NCBI GenBank assembly: GCA_040954595.2
Contig: CM082578.2
Span: forward strand, 525,740-589,739
Source: Balanoglossus misakiensis
Lineage: Eukaryota; Animalia; Hemichordata
Direction: 5' to 3'
Length of the DNA stretch: 64,000 nt
Below are positions 24,001-37,600 of this stretch, piece after piece. How positions within the stretch are numbered: the first letter of the stretch is position 1; each line of letters opens with the position of its first letter. A program made the translations under genes and the position numbers. A model generated the notes under the pieces. It was not told the DNA's origin and did not search any database. It worked only from the letters and a program-made list of their open reading frames with translations.

Positions 24001-25166
24001 GCACTCTAGAGCAGAAACAGGCGTACATTGACCACGTTGATCAAGTCAGATTTCCTACGGCGTGACTCGGCTGGTGCACCGGCTCTATATGACACAGACT
24101 GGCGTACGTTATCAACGGTGATTACGTCGGATTTCCTACGGCCTGGTTTAGCTGAAGCCCCGGCACTTTAGAGCGGAAACACGCGTACATTGACCACGAT
24201 GATCAAGTCAGATCTCCTACGGCCTGGCTCGACTAAAACCCCGGCACACCATGACAGACACTAGCGTTCGTTAGCAACGGTGATCAAGTCGGATTTCCTT
24301 CGGCCTGGCTCTGCAAAAGACCCGACACTCTAGTACAAAGACGTTGGCTAAGTCGGGCAAACCGAAGAGGGAAAGTCACAGCGGGTCAACACTCGACATT
24401 TGTTCGGGTAGGACTTCATTATTGCCTGTCAATTTATAGAGAAAGCCCGAATTTAACCAGGGCGCTGCAAACACCGACGTTAGTTGTGGGCACGGCCTGC
24501 AGTACTGACGGGTAAGCTGACATCGGCGTACCGCATATAATGTAGGGGGGGGGGGAACAAAACGGTTCAATACTACATTTATTAGATATCAGCTAATTTT
24601 GGACAATCATCTAAAATCGAAATCATTTTTTCATATTTGGATATCTGATGATGTATGAAATTTCCATTATATGTAAAAATGGTGCTGATTGTTAAAAAAT
24701 GCACTCTGAATGAGCTGATTTAATACAAAATTGCGTTTTATTCGTTTTTGCACCAAAAAGGTCATTTTTAGGGAAAACATTCTTTATTCTTTAAATTCGG
24801 TGACCTGATCATATATAAACAATTGCTTGTATGTTAAAAGTTTTAATGACTTTTAAAAGCAGTGACACTGGCGGCATTCAACACGAAAATAACAATTTTA
24901 GCCACAATTTGGTCAAAATGGTAAATTTTTGAAAATTACAAAAAATACCTGTTTTCTACATTTTCGGAAATCTGATGGAGTATAGAATGCTCTTCGTATA
25001 TATATATCGATACAAATTCCACAAAAAACGACCAATTTGGCTCACTGCAGACAAAATTGCGTTTTACCAAATTTTCCTTGAAAATGTCATTTTTAGAAAA
25101 ATAAAATAAAAAAACCTTTGTTCTTCGAATTTGGTGCCCTGATCATATATGACATGTCGATTGTAT
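9008..25166 (+). repeat. Macrosatellite: array of 81-bp GC/CpG-rich subunits + ~200-bp unique segment ending in a G run + about three degenerate ~330-bp AT-rich subunits
   Basis: CAAGTC motif at 9052, 9133, 9214, 9295 (period 81). Spurious ORFs recur at 1378-bp and at alternating 1888/1727-bp spacing. Confidence 0.97.
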
Positions 25167-25707
25167 TGTTACAGTCGCTCCCCACTGGATCGGAGAACTG
25201 CTAAGTTTTTCTCTCAGATTAACGAATAATTGGGTTCGTGTCGCACTATGAGAGAGAGTGGTACTATCCGTGGGCTTAACGACCCACAGTCCACAAGAAC
25301 ATCAACCTCGATACAACGAAATACTTTTAGAACTACAACAGTTCAACTTTATTACGAAGATATCGTATAAGCGCACATCAAAAGGGCTGCTTACCACACG
25401 GTCTGTCTCCAACGAAGTCTTGGGCCACACTGACTGAAAACCCTCAAAACTAGGCTAACTACCAACTTTTGATTTGCATATTTCGCGCCGTTTCTGGTAG
25501 TAATTAAAATAATAATAGCTGACACGAAATGTGGGTCCTTGTCGTCTAGAACATGACGTAATGTCGCATGTCGAGACCTATTTCGAATATAATGTGTTCG
25601 ACCTACAAATGCTGAGTTTATCAAAGAGATGTATGTCTACCACGTGGAGGTAGACGGCTCTGTCAATCAAAAGTTATATCACCATGGTGACCGACCGTTC
25701 CGTCACA
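25167..25707 (-). repeat. Gypsy 3' LTR
   Basis: Matches 34108-34648 with about 9 substitutions counted by eye; purine tract (TAGTGGGGGGCTA on the minus strand) adjoins at 25708-25720. Confidence 0.97.
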
Positions 25708-25941
25708 TAGCCCCCCACTAGGACTTTGAAGTTCCATCCAAAGTCAAAGCGAATTCAAAATTTCAGAATATCAAAAATCGTAATGCAGCCATACAGGAAA
25801 ATACAAAACTACAATAACTTCACACACAAAATGTCAAAAGTCCGTTTCTAACGAATATTTGCGTTTTCTTGCAATATCCAAAAACTAAGTCCAACATAAA
25901 ATACGTTCGCACCGCGATCGTTTCTGTTCTGTGTTCAAAGT

Positions 25942-26793
25942 TCAATAAACTATACCGTCAAAGTCTAATTTTCTTTTGGCAGTCTTCAGGTTCACCTCTG
26001 CTGGTTTTCCTGGGGCACCTTCAGTCGGGTCTGCTCTCGCTCTTGCTGGACATGGTCTCGTTCTCCCTTGGTCAGGCACGACCTCTCCGTTGATGAACTC
26101 GTTTCCACGCATGTAGTAGACTCGCTGGGTGACCACCTCGGTCGTCGGCTGGTCTCCGTTGAACCAACGAGTGGAGTAGGTTTCTACCACTCGATCGACG
26201 ACCTCGGCCGACAGGGTCAGAAGAGACCCTGACGGGAACCGCACGAGCCCACCAATTCGGCCATGGACTGTCAACTTTGGGTCGTATCGGCGCTGACCCT
26301 CTAGTGGAATGAGTCGCCATTCCTTCCGCAGGTGCGATTTACCTGTGGCGTCCACTTTTTCGCCAGTGAACAGGGGGCAATCTGTCGAATACAGATCGGC
26401 CAAAGGATCGACCCCCTCCATCCCGATTTCATCTTCTAAACAGCAAGGAGACGTTATACCCACGTCTGCAGTGCTGTTTCCGTCGCCAGCCCGTTGACGC
26501 TCTTTGGCATCGCCCACCTGCTTCATGGCATCCTCCGCCGGCTTCAATGTATTCCCCTCTTCACGGAGCGTCGGTACAGGGGGCTTTTTATCACCCGCCG
26601 TTTTCTTTAGTTTCTTGCCTCGCTGGCGCATTAAGTTGTCGGCCGTGCATACATGTCGAAAGACTTCGTAGGTGTGCTTGAATTTTCGATGGCAACCAGT
26701 GCACACCCTCCGCTGTTCCTCGTCAATTTCGTAGTCTCGCAAGGTCGGCACCGGTTTCGTGGTGATGCTTGAAGCTTTTCTTTGGCGAGGCAT
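25942..26793 (-). CDS. Extra Gypsy ORF3 (~283 aa from the ATG at 26793) with a zinc-finger-like motif; function unknown, not env-like
   Basis: Uninterrupted ORF between integrase and PPT; CTGCHRKFKHTYEVFRHVC motif; basic NLS-like ends; no evident signal peptide or TM segment. Confidence 0.65.
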   Translation of the reverse strand: MPRQRKASSITTKPVPTLRDYEIDEEQRRVCTGCHRKFKHTYEVFRHVCTADNLMRQRGKKLKKTAGDKKPPVPTLREEGNTLKPAEDAMKQVGDAKERQRAGDGNSTADVGITSPCCLEDEIGMEGVDPLADLYSTDCPLFTGEKVDATGKSHLRKEWRLIPLEGQRRYDPKLTVHGRIGGLVRFPSGSLLTLSAEVVDRVVETYSTRWFNGDQPTTEVVTQRVYYMRGNEFINGEVVPDQGRTRPCPARARADPTEGAPGKPAEVNLKTAKRKLDFDGIVY

Positions 26794-27239
26794 ACTGTAG
26801 AGATGTTGTCCTTCTGTTGGACGTGGACGCACTGCGGTAAAAACCACAGAGTACCCAGGGGTGACAAACGCGGCCAAAACTGCAACATTTTATCCTTTCG
26901 ATCACCAAAATTCGGCTCCGACTCGTGCCAATTAGCTAGACACACGTGGCTGCTAGCTTAATTACCCTGGCACAAGTTCGTCGCGTGGCAACAGGAAAAG
27001 TTGACGTCAGTTGACCTTGTTTCGGGATAGGAGCCGGCCTGGAGAAAGTACTTGAAGACTTTGAACAGCAAACAGACAAATGAAACACCGAAAGAGTGTG
27101 ATATGTATATATAATTTCTTTTTCATTTCTTTTTTTTTTATCTTTTTGGAAACTAATCAAATTGAAATTCATTCTGGTATATGCAAGCACAAGTGTGTCC
27201 CACACAGTACTAGCACCAGTAGTAGCAGTCACTGTCGTC

Positions 27240-30200
27240 TCACAGGTATATGTATCCACCAAGTCGTTCTGGCGGTTGTCGCTGTCGTCTTGGATACCGC
27301 TGACTCTGTGGGGATGACAGTGGGACGGACGTTTTTGGCACGTCTTCTTGATGTATATCGTCATATTTTGTAGCAGGCGAGAGGTCACCAACCTCAGGAT
27401 CGCCTTCATCGTAAGTCAAGTAACTATCAGCTGGGCCTTGTTTTGTGCAATCACTGGTGGCCGCCTCCAGTTGGCCTAGGTCACCTTCAATTTTGTCTTT
27501 GACTGTCTCACGCCAGTCAGTCGCTTGGGTGCCCTCGTAGGGTTTCAACCTGTCATAGTGTACAACTTTCGGTTTGGAGTATTGGCTGCGTTGTATGCGA
27601 AACGTAACTTCGCCCAATTTGTTGATTATGAGGTAGGGACCGTCCCATTGTCGGAGTGTGATCTTTTTCGACTTTCCTCGCTTGAATGCCTGGACTTTCA
27701 ACCAGACAAATTGGCCGGGCTGTAACTGGCCGCCATGCACATTGACTTCGTAATGACGTTCCTGGGAGATGGCACTTTTCTGAAGTTTGTCTCGTGCGTG
27801 CTCTTGGGCACATTGCAGTCTTTCCCGAAGTTTGAGTGCGTAGTCTGTATTTATATCCGCCTGCTCCGGCAACGGTTCGTGTGTCAAGTCGAGTGGCAGT
27901 TGTAACTCGCGACCCAACATGAGCATGTTCGGGGTCTCACCTGTACTTTCTTGCGTTGAGCTTCTATACGCCATCATAGCGTAGGGGATGACGAGGTCCC
28001 AGTCTTCTTGGCTTGGATCAACTAAAACTGATACTGTCTGTACGAGTGTCTTGTTAAAACGCTCTATGTAACCGTCGGACTTTGGGTTGTTTGGGGTCGT
28101 TCTCGTCTTGTTTATACCTAGCAGCTTGCACGTCTCGGTTACCACGGCTGACTCAAAGTTGCGCCCTTGATCAGAATGAAGGTGTCGGGGGATGCCGAAC
28201 CTGCAGATGAACTCGTCCACCAGTTGTTCTGCTACTGTTGTCGCCTCTTGGTTTGGAATGGGGTAGCATTCGATCCATTTAGTGAAATAGTCTCCCACTA
28301 CTAGTATCCAACGACTTTTTCGTTCCGTAACAGGGAGAGGTCAAAGGATGTCAAACGCGACTCTTTCCATGGGGGCACCTACTATATATTGCTGAATCGG
28401 CGCACGCCTTTTGCGACCACCGCCTTCCGGGATGCGCATGTGTCGCACTGTCGGACCATGGATCTGAGGTCGGCAGATAGTCCATACCAATAGTATCGCT
28501 GGCGAACTTTCTCACGGGTTTTGAAGACACCAAAGTGGCCTGCAGTTTTCGAAGAGTGAAGCTCTTCAAGAACATCCGGCTTTAGTGATGTGGGAAGTAT
28601 GAGCAGTAGGTGACTATCACTGATGCTTGTAGACTCCCAATTACGATACAAAACACCATTGCGTAGCCGCAGCTGATCCCACATATTCCAATATGCTTTA
28701 GTGGCTGGAGACCAAGATGACACTGTCTTCCAATCTGGTTTACCACCGTCTTGTTCGAGTGTTGTCAAGACGGGGCGGATGTTAGGATCGTGGAGTTGTT
28801 CTTGTCTAAGGAAGGCAGAGTCCCAGCACAGTTTGAAAGTCACCGTTTTGATCAGATGCTCAGTTGTTCTTTGCCTGGTGACCATCGCATTACCTCGTGT
28901 CGATGCTTGTGTGGAATCTGCTGTTTCATCGAGTGATTTTGGTAAAGTCATGTCGTCTGCATAGGTCTGGGTTCCTGCATCAATGGTTGTTTCCATCTGA
29001 CGACTTGTCGATGTACTGTTGGGGGTTTCGGTAGATGCACAGCTATTCAAGTAGGCACTTGCACCAGTCTGTGAACCATGCTTCAGTCCACACTGCTGAC
29101 AAGGGCGTCTGGATAGGCTGTCTGCATTCGTATGCTACTTTCCTGGACGGTGCTCAATTGTGAAGTCGTATTCACCGAGCACTTGCATCCACCGAGCGAG
29201 CTGTCCCTCCGGTTCCTTGAAGTTTAAAAGCCACCTCAAAGAACTGTGGTCTGTCCTGAGGGTGAAGTGCTGACCATACAGGTACGGCTTAAAGTGTTTG
29301 ACAAAGTGGACAACAGCCAGTAACTCTTTGCGTGTTACACAATAATTCCGTTCTGGCTTTGAGAGGCTTTTACTGGCATAGCACATCACTCGCTCCATAC
29401 CATCTTGGATCTGTGATAAAACTGCACCTATACCATAAAAAACTGGCGTCTGTATCAAGTATCATGGGTGCTCCGGGTAAAGGGTAGGCTAGTATAGGGG
29501 CGTTAGTCAAATTCTGTTTCAAGGTCTCAAAAGCCAAGTCACACTCGCTGTCCCACTCGAAATGTCTGCCCTTCGCTGTCAACTGAGTCAGTGGTTTGGA
29601 CACTGTGGAGAAGTTGGGCACAAAACGGCGATAGTAGGATGCTAAGCCGAGAAATCCACGCACTTCATGCACGTTGGTTGGGGGAGGCCAGTCACTGACG
29701 GCTTTTATCTTGTCTGGGCTGGTTTCGACGCCTTGTTCCGACACTGTATGTCCCAAGTATTCAACTTGGTGCTGAAAGAGGTGACATTTGCTGGGCTTGA
29801 GCTTCAGACCTGCACAACGTAGGCGATGAAAGACCGTCTCTAATCGTTGTAGCATCTGGTCTACTGTACAGGAATACACAATTATGTCGTCCAAATAGAG
29901 AAGCAGGATGTCCCACTGAAGTCCGGACAGCACATGTTCCATAAGTCGTTGGAATGTCGCTGGTGCATTGTACAGGCCAAAAGGCATGACCTTCCATTGG
30001 AAGAGCCCACCCCAGGTAGTGAAGGCTGACTTTTCAACCTGCCAGTATCCGCTCGTCAAGTCTAACGTGCTGAACCATCTTGCACCAGAAAGAGCATTGA
30101 TGCTGTCCTCTATCCGTGGAATGGCATAGGCATCTTTCCTGTTTATGTCATTCAGCCGGCGGTAGTCCACACAGAACCTGGTACTGTTGTCTCTCTTTTT

Positions 30201-31661
30201 CACAAGAACCACTGGTGCAGCCCAGGGACACTCCGTTGGTTCAATCACCCCCTTTTCCAACATCTCGTCGACGAGCTTCGCCGTTTCATTACGGGCCCAT
30301 GTCGACTGGCGTCTAGGTTGCTGTCGGATCGGTGGGTGATCTCCTGTGTAGATGCTATGCTGGGTTACGTTGGTGCGACCAACATCATTTTTGTCACAGG
30401 AAAATACGTCTTGCCATCGGTTAAGAAAATCAGACAACTTCTTGACATGGTCTCTGCCAACAGAAGCAATACTCTCGTCTAGCAAGGGTTGCAGATGTGT
30501 AGGCACCGCACTGACGGGTTCATCTGTTGCTTGATATTTGGAAGGGCAGAGGTTGTTGACATTTCGTGGTGGTTCGCTTAAGTCGACCATGGTGGCTAAA
30601 GCAATCGCTGTTCCCCTCAGAATGATTTGAGCATTCGGGCCAACATTCATAATGCGGACTGGCACATGTTTGTGGCGGACATCAATTAGTACTCTGCCAA
30701 CCATGACCCCTACAGTTGAAAGTTTACTTTGTGTGGTTGGTTCCACCTGTCCGAGCCGAGCTGGACCAAGTGGCCTGGACAATTTGCAAGTGACGAGCAG
30801 TTCATGGCCAGCCGGCACTGCGGTGTCTCTTGTTGCAATCACCCGAGCGCACAAGTGGCCACCTCTTCTGTCGATCAGTGGAACGCTTCCCTCGTGGAAC
30901 CCTAATGTCAATGAGTGAGTACGGATTTCGGCCGGGGCTGTAAGGATGTAATCATTGCCTAGCAATACATCCTCCTTAATGTCGGCAACAATCGCTCTTA
31001 TAGTAGTACTATTTGGGCCGACTCTGATGACGAAGTCGGCTTCTCCTCTGGCTGTGAGTGGTGTGACCCCGTCCGCCTGTACAGCGTCTATCGTGATGGG
31101 AAGTAGCTGAGGGCGGCTGCGTGGAGCCATAGCTTTGTAGACCCGATCGGAGATTATGGTTATTTCTGAACCACAGTCAATGAAAGAGACCACTGGTTTC
31201 TCATGAATCACTGCCGAGACATAGAAGGCTGATTTCGCTGGTTGCAATGTTGTATCATCAGCTGCAGTGTGTGTTGATAGTAAATCGGCATTAACCTGAT
31301 GTGGTGGGTCGGTTTTGTCAAAGTCTGATTTCATGTTACAATCAGGCTTCGGCGTCACAGTCCTGCCAGCGGGCAATGGCCCTTGGTTGACCACGCGTGC
31401 AGGGTAGAAGGCGTTCGCATTGTCCCGTACCTTACCCAAATCGGCCGGTTTCCCTTGCTGTTGGTTAGGTGGGAAAGGAACACGGGGTGCCTCCCCTGTC
31501 TGACATTTGCTGTTCACTGGCTGTATTTGGTCCCACCATTGCTTGGTGGTGGTTGTGTCACTCGTGGGTTGTGCTAGTTGGTGATGGCGGATGGGTTGTT
31601 GGACCCTTGGTTGTTCGTAGACTGGGAATTGGCCCACATGCCCAGTCTGTTGTCGTTTCCC
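27240..31661 (-). pseudogene. Gypsy pol (protease, RT, RNase H, integrase), disrupted
   Basis: FIDCGS protease; YLDD RT; DTDAS and TDHSSL RNase H; HHCC (H..GHFG..CDTC) and DDE integrase (DYFTKW, SDQGRNFES, IERFN). Frameshifts near 29440 and 28400, stop at 29135, short in-frame deletion at GYWQVE^KSAF. Confidence 0.93.
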
Positions 31662-33972
31662 GACGATTGGTTATGAGGGCAATGTCGGCGGATGTGGCCG
31701 GGTTGGCCGCATCCAAAGCATCTCGCTTGTCTGCTCCTTTCTTCTCGCTTTTTCTGTTCTCCACCCATTTGTAGCTGTAGCTTTTGCATAGCAGCTATGA
31801 GGGTTGGTATTGTAGTTAAGTCTTGGGGTGTTTCCATGCCAGTCAACCAAGCGTCGTTTTCATTATCTTCAAACTCGATGTGGCGTGTATATTGTCGCTT
31901 TTGACCAGACTTTTCTGCTTCTGCTTGGATGTAGGCTTCGATGGAGACTGCCGTCTGTATAGCTTCATCCATGCTTCGAGGCCGCTCTCGGTGCAAATCC
32001 ATCCGAATATCCGGATCAGGGATGGCTTCAGTAAAATACTGACGAGCCAGTCGATCTACAGCTTCTGCTGGTAGTTCCGGATACGCTAGCTCAGTAAGTT
32101 CCTGTATTACCTGCCCCAAGTCAGGTATGGATTCGTCTCTTCGTTTCTTACGACACCGTAATTGCCATAGATACTTTTCAGCTTGACCTGACGTCCCATA
32201 TCGCTGGTCTAATAACTTGACCAAAGTGCTATACTCAACTGCGGTGATGTTAGGGACCCGTGTTAGAACTTTCTGGGCTGATCCTAGTAGCGATGCTGCC
32301 AGAAACTGTGCCTTTTGATTGTCCTCCCACCTGTTGATTGTTGCACATGACTCAAAATGCTTCAAGTAATCTCTCCATTGCGTACGACCATCAAATCGAT
32401 CGGGCGTAATCGATGGTTTTGTAGGAAAGGTAAAACCCCTTTCTTCAAATTGCCTCCTGCCTACAAGGCGGGACTCCCGTTTCAAGGTCGGACGAGGTCG
32501 GTCTACTTGCCAGTATTCGGTGTGTTGACCTGGTCCCTTTTCGTCATAGAAGGTGCCGGCCAATTGTTGACTTTCTTCTCGTGGTCGCGTTTGTGATGTG
32601 CCTTTTCTATTTGCTTCAGTCGGTCGGACATCACCGTTGTCTGGAGGATGATGAAGGGAGTTGATAGCCCCGTTCATATGATGTTCCTGCCAGTTCTGAG
32701 GTTGACGTCCAATATGCTGTGATGGGAGGTACCTTGGAGGTGTGTTGGTTGGGCTGCAGTCTCTGTTTGGCGCGGTGACTCCCTGTCGCTGACCAGGTTG
32801 TAGCTGTCCACGTCTGTAGCCCGCGAAATCGTCCTCCCAAGAGTTCTCGGCGAAATGGGATGAATGGCCTGCCAACATTGTATGAGGTCGTCGTTCATCC
32901 GGTTGTAAAGAGGGGATATTTTTTTCCGTTCTTTCGTTTACAGGCAGGCGGCAACTACCTGTTGTTGGCCGTTCAAGGCGGCGTTTTTGCCCCCCGCTAA
33001 GAGCATACATTGGCTCCGTCGACCCTGTGTGGCGTTGTGGTTGGACGTCCACCACCTGGGACATATAGTATTTCTTGATGCGGCCGGACTGTTCCAACCA
33101 CGATCTGCTGTCCGACCATTTGTTGGTAATGCAGGTGTACGTGCAACATTGGCTGGTAGAGGGTATCGTTGTTCGGAAGGAAGACAGATTAAATTGGGGC
33201 CAAACAACTGTTGGTCAGAGTTTTCGTATGGTGTACTCTGAGTCCAAAGCTGTTCATGCCTACCTACATAGTGGTCTGCTTCTTCAAGAGAAAAGTGGGC
33301 GTTGTCGGCTTTTCTCTTTGGTCTGGCTCCCTGTTGAATTTGTCTATCACTCGCCGTTGGGATGTATAAGGCGTCGCGAACTGTTCCCCTTTGTTGCGCT
33401 GCAACTTGTTGATGATGAGTTCCGTCGTCCTCATAAAGTTGTTGCTCACTGAACGTTGCTTCCGAAACTGCGTGTCGAGTACGAGTTTGACTGCTTGTTT
33501 GATGTACGGGCATGTCGTCGCCCGTCGGCTGTGCAGCTTTTTCGGTTTCGTCTGTGTGAGACGTAGTTTCTTCGTGCGTCGGCGCCCTTGCGTCGTGGCT
33601 GACAACAGCACCCGTTGATTCTGTTCCAATAGGGACGTGACAATCAATGTCGGTCTCTATTTTAGGAGGTTGAATATCTCTGTCAAAGTCTGTTGCGTCG
33701 TTCTGCTGGCCCAGGCCTTTACGAATGCTGCCCTTGACCGCATCGAAAACCCACCTCAAGGTTCCCAACGGTCGGCGCCCTGGTGTGGAGAAATTGCCGG
33801 AGTCGTACCCGCTTTCTCGGTGTGGACTCTGGTCTGAGGCGGTCGGGGTTGCAGGTTGTTCCCGCGACGATTGTAACCTCGGTTGGAAGGAGATGACATC
33901 GTCGGTACTGTCGGTTGGAGGCTCGATGTCGGCCAACGTCTCTCCGGTCGCAATCTCCGTTGCCATTTCCAA
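31574..33972 (-). CDS. Gypsy gag with long low-complexity N-terminus, split into two overlapping frames near 33000
   Basis: PDRFDGRTQWRDYLKHFE...W capsid-like motif and CFGCGQPGHIRRHC zinc knuckle. Confidence 0.85.
31600..31661 (-). promoter_or_regulatory. -1 ribosomal frameshift signal (G GGA AAC) with downstream H-type pseudoknot
   Basis: Heptamer at 31661-31655 is in the gag frame and a -1 shift enters the pol frame. Stem AGACUGGG/CCCAGUCU; loop UGGGCC can pair with downstream GGUCCA. Confidence 0.8.
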
Positions 33973-34088
33973 TAAATCACGGTGTGGTAAACCGCAATGT
34001 GCGATGCGTTGTCCTACCAGACAACGAAATCTAGTTGCGTCTCTGTAATTACCTGAAGGAGGTTGAGGTTTCTCTCAGCACGACAATC

Positions 34089-34106
34089 ATCCCACCGCTG
34101 CCACCA
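34089..34106 (-). promoter_or_regulatory. Primer-binding site for tRNA-Leu
   Basis: Plus strand ATCCCACCGCTGCCACCA equals the 3' 18 nt (including CCA) of animal tRNA-Leu(AAG/TAG type), 1 nt from the 5' LTR. Confidence 0.88.
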
Positions 34107-34107
34107 A

Positions 34108-34648
34108 TGTAACAGTCGCTCCTCACTGGATCGGAGAACTGCTAAGTTTTTCTCTCAGATTAACGAATAATTGGGTTCGTGTCACACTATGAGAGAGAGT
34201 GGTACTATCCGTGGGCTTAACGACCCACAGTCCACAAGAACATCAACATCGATACAACGAAATACTTTTAGAACTACAACAGTTCAACTTTATTACGAAG
34301 ATATCGTATAAGCGCACATCAAAAGGGCTGCTTACCACACGGTCTGTCTCTAACGAAGTCTTGGGCCACACTGACTGAAAACCCTCAAAACTAGGCTAAC
34401 TACCAACTTTTGATTTGCATATTTCGCGCCGTTTCTGGTAGTAATTAAAATAATAATAGCTGACACGAAATGCGGGTCCTTGTCGTCTAGAACATGACTT
34501 AATATCGCATGTCGAGACCTATTTCGAATATAATGTGTTCGACCTACAAATGCTGAGTATATCAAAGAGATGTATGTCTACCACGTGGAGGTAGACGGCT
34601 CTGTCAATCAAAAGTTATATCACCATGGTGACCGACCGTTCCGTCACA
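34108..34648 (-). repeat. Gypsy 5' LTR
   Basis: 541 bp, TG...CA ends, near-identical to 25167-25707. Confidence 0.97.
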
Positions 34649-37600
34649 GTATGTTAAAACTTTCGACCACTCCAAAAATGTAGAGATATTGACGGAATTC
34701 AAGAAAAAATAGCCATTTTGGCCATATTTTGACAAAAATGGTAAATTTTTAAAAAATCATAAAAAATTAACTCTTTTCTTCATTTTCGGAAATATTATGG
34801 AGCATAAAGTGTCGTTCTCTTGTAAAAAGTGCTGCAAATTCCAGAAAAGGCGGTATAATTTGAATCACCCAAGACAAAATTACCATTTTCGACTTTTTTT
34901 CGAAAAATTGTCTTTTTTACAAAATAAATAAGAATAAATTCTTTTCTTAGTTTCAAACGGGTAGAGATACTTTCCACACGGGTTTTCTAACATTAAATTC
35001 CCGTTCATCAACTCAGATTTCCTACAGCATAAGTCGGCTAAAACCCTGACACTCTAGAGCAGAAACAGTTGCACACTGGTAACGTTGAACAAGTCGATTT
35101 TTCTACGGCCTGGCTCGGCTAAATCTCCGTCACAATATGACAGACACTAGCGTACGTTAGCAACGGTGATCAAGTCAGATTTTCTACGGCATGGCTTGGA
35201 TAAAGCCCCGGCACTCTAGAGCAGAAACACGCGTACAGAGACCACGCTGATCAAGTCTGATCTCCTAAGGCTTGGCTCGACTAAAACCCCGGCACACTAT
35301 GACAGACACTAGCGTTCGTTAGCAACGTTGATCAAGTCAGATTTCCTACGGCATGGCTTGGCTAAATCCCTGGCACTCTAGAGCAGAAACACGCGTACAG
35401 AGACCACGTTGATCTACTCACATTTCCTTCGGCCTGGCACGGCTGATGCCCCGGCACTATATATAGGACACAGACTGGCGTAAGTTAACAACGGTAATCA
35501 CGTCGGGTTTCCTACGGCCTGGCTCAGCTGAAGCCCCGGCACTCTAGAGCAGAAACAGGCGTACATTGGCCACGTTGATCAAGTCAGATTTCCTACGGCG
35601 TGACTCAGCTGGTGCACCGGCCCTATATGACACAGACTGGCGTAAGTTATCAACGGTGATTACGTCGGATTTCCTACGGCCTGGTTTAGCTGAAGCCCCG
35701 GCAATTTAGAGCGGAAACACGCGTACATTGACCACGATGATCAAGTCAGATCTCCTACGGCCTGGCTCGACTAAAACCCCGGCACACCATGACAGACACT
35801 AGCGTTCGTTAGCAACGGGGATCAAGTCGGATTTCCTTCGGCCTGGCACGGCTGACGCCCCGGTACTATATATAGGACACAGACTGGCGTAAGTTAACAA
35901 CGGTAATCACGTCGGGTTTCCTACGGCCTGGCTCAGCTGAAGCCCCAGCACTCTAGAGCAGAAACAGGCGTACATTGACCACGTTGATCAAGTCAGATCT
36001 CCTACGGCCTGGCTCGACTAAAACCCCGGCACACCATGACAGACACTAGCGTTCGTTAGCAACGGTGATCAAGTCGGATTTCCTTCGGCCTGGCTTCGCA
36101 AAAGACACGACACTCTAGTACAAAGACGTTGGCTAAGTCGGGCAAACCGAAGAGGGAAAGTCACAGCGGGTCAACAATCGACATTTGTTCGGGTAGGACT
36201 GCATTATTGCCTATCAATTTATAGAAAAAGCCCGAATTTAACCAGGGCGTTTCAAACACCGACGTTAGTTGGGGGCACGGCCTGCAGTACTGTCGGGTAA
36301 GCTGACATCGGCGTACCGCATATAATGTAGGGGGGACAGAACGGTTCAATACTACATTTATTAGATATCAGCTAATTTTGGACAATCATCTAAAATCTAA
36401 ATCATGTTTTCATATTTGGATATCTGATGATGTATGAAATGTCCATTACATGTAAAAATGGTGCTGATTATAAAAAATGCACTCTGAATGAGCTGATTTA
36501 ATACAAAATTGCGTTTATTGAATTCCCGTTTATCAACTCAGATTTCCTACAGCATAAGTCGGCTAAAACCCTGACACTCTAGAGCAGAAACAGTTGCACA
36601 CTGGTAACGTTGAACAAGTCGATTTTTCTACGGCCTGGCTCAGCTAAATCTCCGTCACAATATGACAGACACTAGCGTACGTTAGCAACGGTGATCAAGT
36701 CAGATTTTCTACGGCATTGCTTAGATAAAGCCCCGGCACTCTAGAGCAGAAACACGCGTACAGAGACCACGTTGATCAAGTCTGATCTCCTACGGCTTGG
36801 CTCGACTAAAACCCCGGTACACTATGACAGACACTAGCGTTCGTTAGCAAAGTTGATCAAGTCAGATTTCCTACGGCATGGCTTGGCTAAAGCCCTGGCA
36901 CTCTAGAGCAGAAACACGCGTACAGAGACCACGTTGATCTACTCACATTTCCTTCGGCCTGGCACGGCTGATGCCCCGGCACTATATATAGGACACAGAC
37001 TGGCGTAAGTTAACAACGGTAATCACGTCGGGTTTCCTACGGCCTGGCTCAGCTGAAGCCCCGGCACTCTAGAGCAGAAACAGGCGTAAATTGACCACGT
37101 TGATCAAGTCAGATTTCCTACGGCGTGACTCGGCTGGTGCACCGGCTCTATATATAGGACACAGACTGGTGTAAGTTAACACGGTAATCACGTCGGGTTT
37201 CCTACGGCCTGGCTCAGCTGAAGCCCCGGCACTCTAGAGCAGAAACAAGCGTACATTGACGACGTTGATCAAGTCAGATTTCCTACGGCGTGACTCGGCT
37301 GGTGCACCGGCTCTATATGACACAGACTGGCGTAAGTTATCAACGGTGATTACGTCGGATTTCCTACGGCCTGGTTTAGCTGAAGCCCCGGCACTTTAGA
37401 GCGGAAACACGCGTACATTGACCACGATGATCAAGTCTGATCTCCTACGGCCTGGCTCGACTAAAACCCCGGCACACCATGACAGACACTGGCGTTCGTT
37501 AGCAACGGTGATCAAGTCGGATTTCCTTCGGCCTGGCTCTGCAAAGGACCCGACACTCTAGTACAAAGACGTTGGCTAAGTCGGGCAAACCGAAGAGGGA

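Larger units (their letters stand above)
25167..34648 (-). mobile_element. Full-length but defective Ty3/Gypsy LTR retrotransposon inserted in the macrosatellite
   Basis: Two 541-bp TG...CA LTRs, 4-bp TSD GTAT (25163-25166, 34649-34652), PBS, PPT, gag then PR-RT-RH-IN order. Confidence 0.97.

Noticed and set aside
25942-26877. Envelope gene
   Set aside because: No signal peptide, furin site or transmembrane segment visible.
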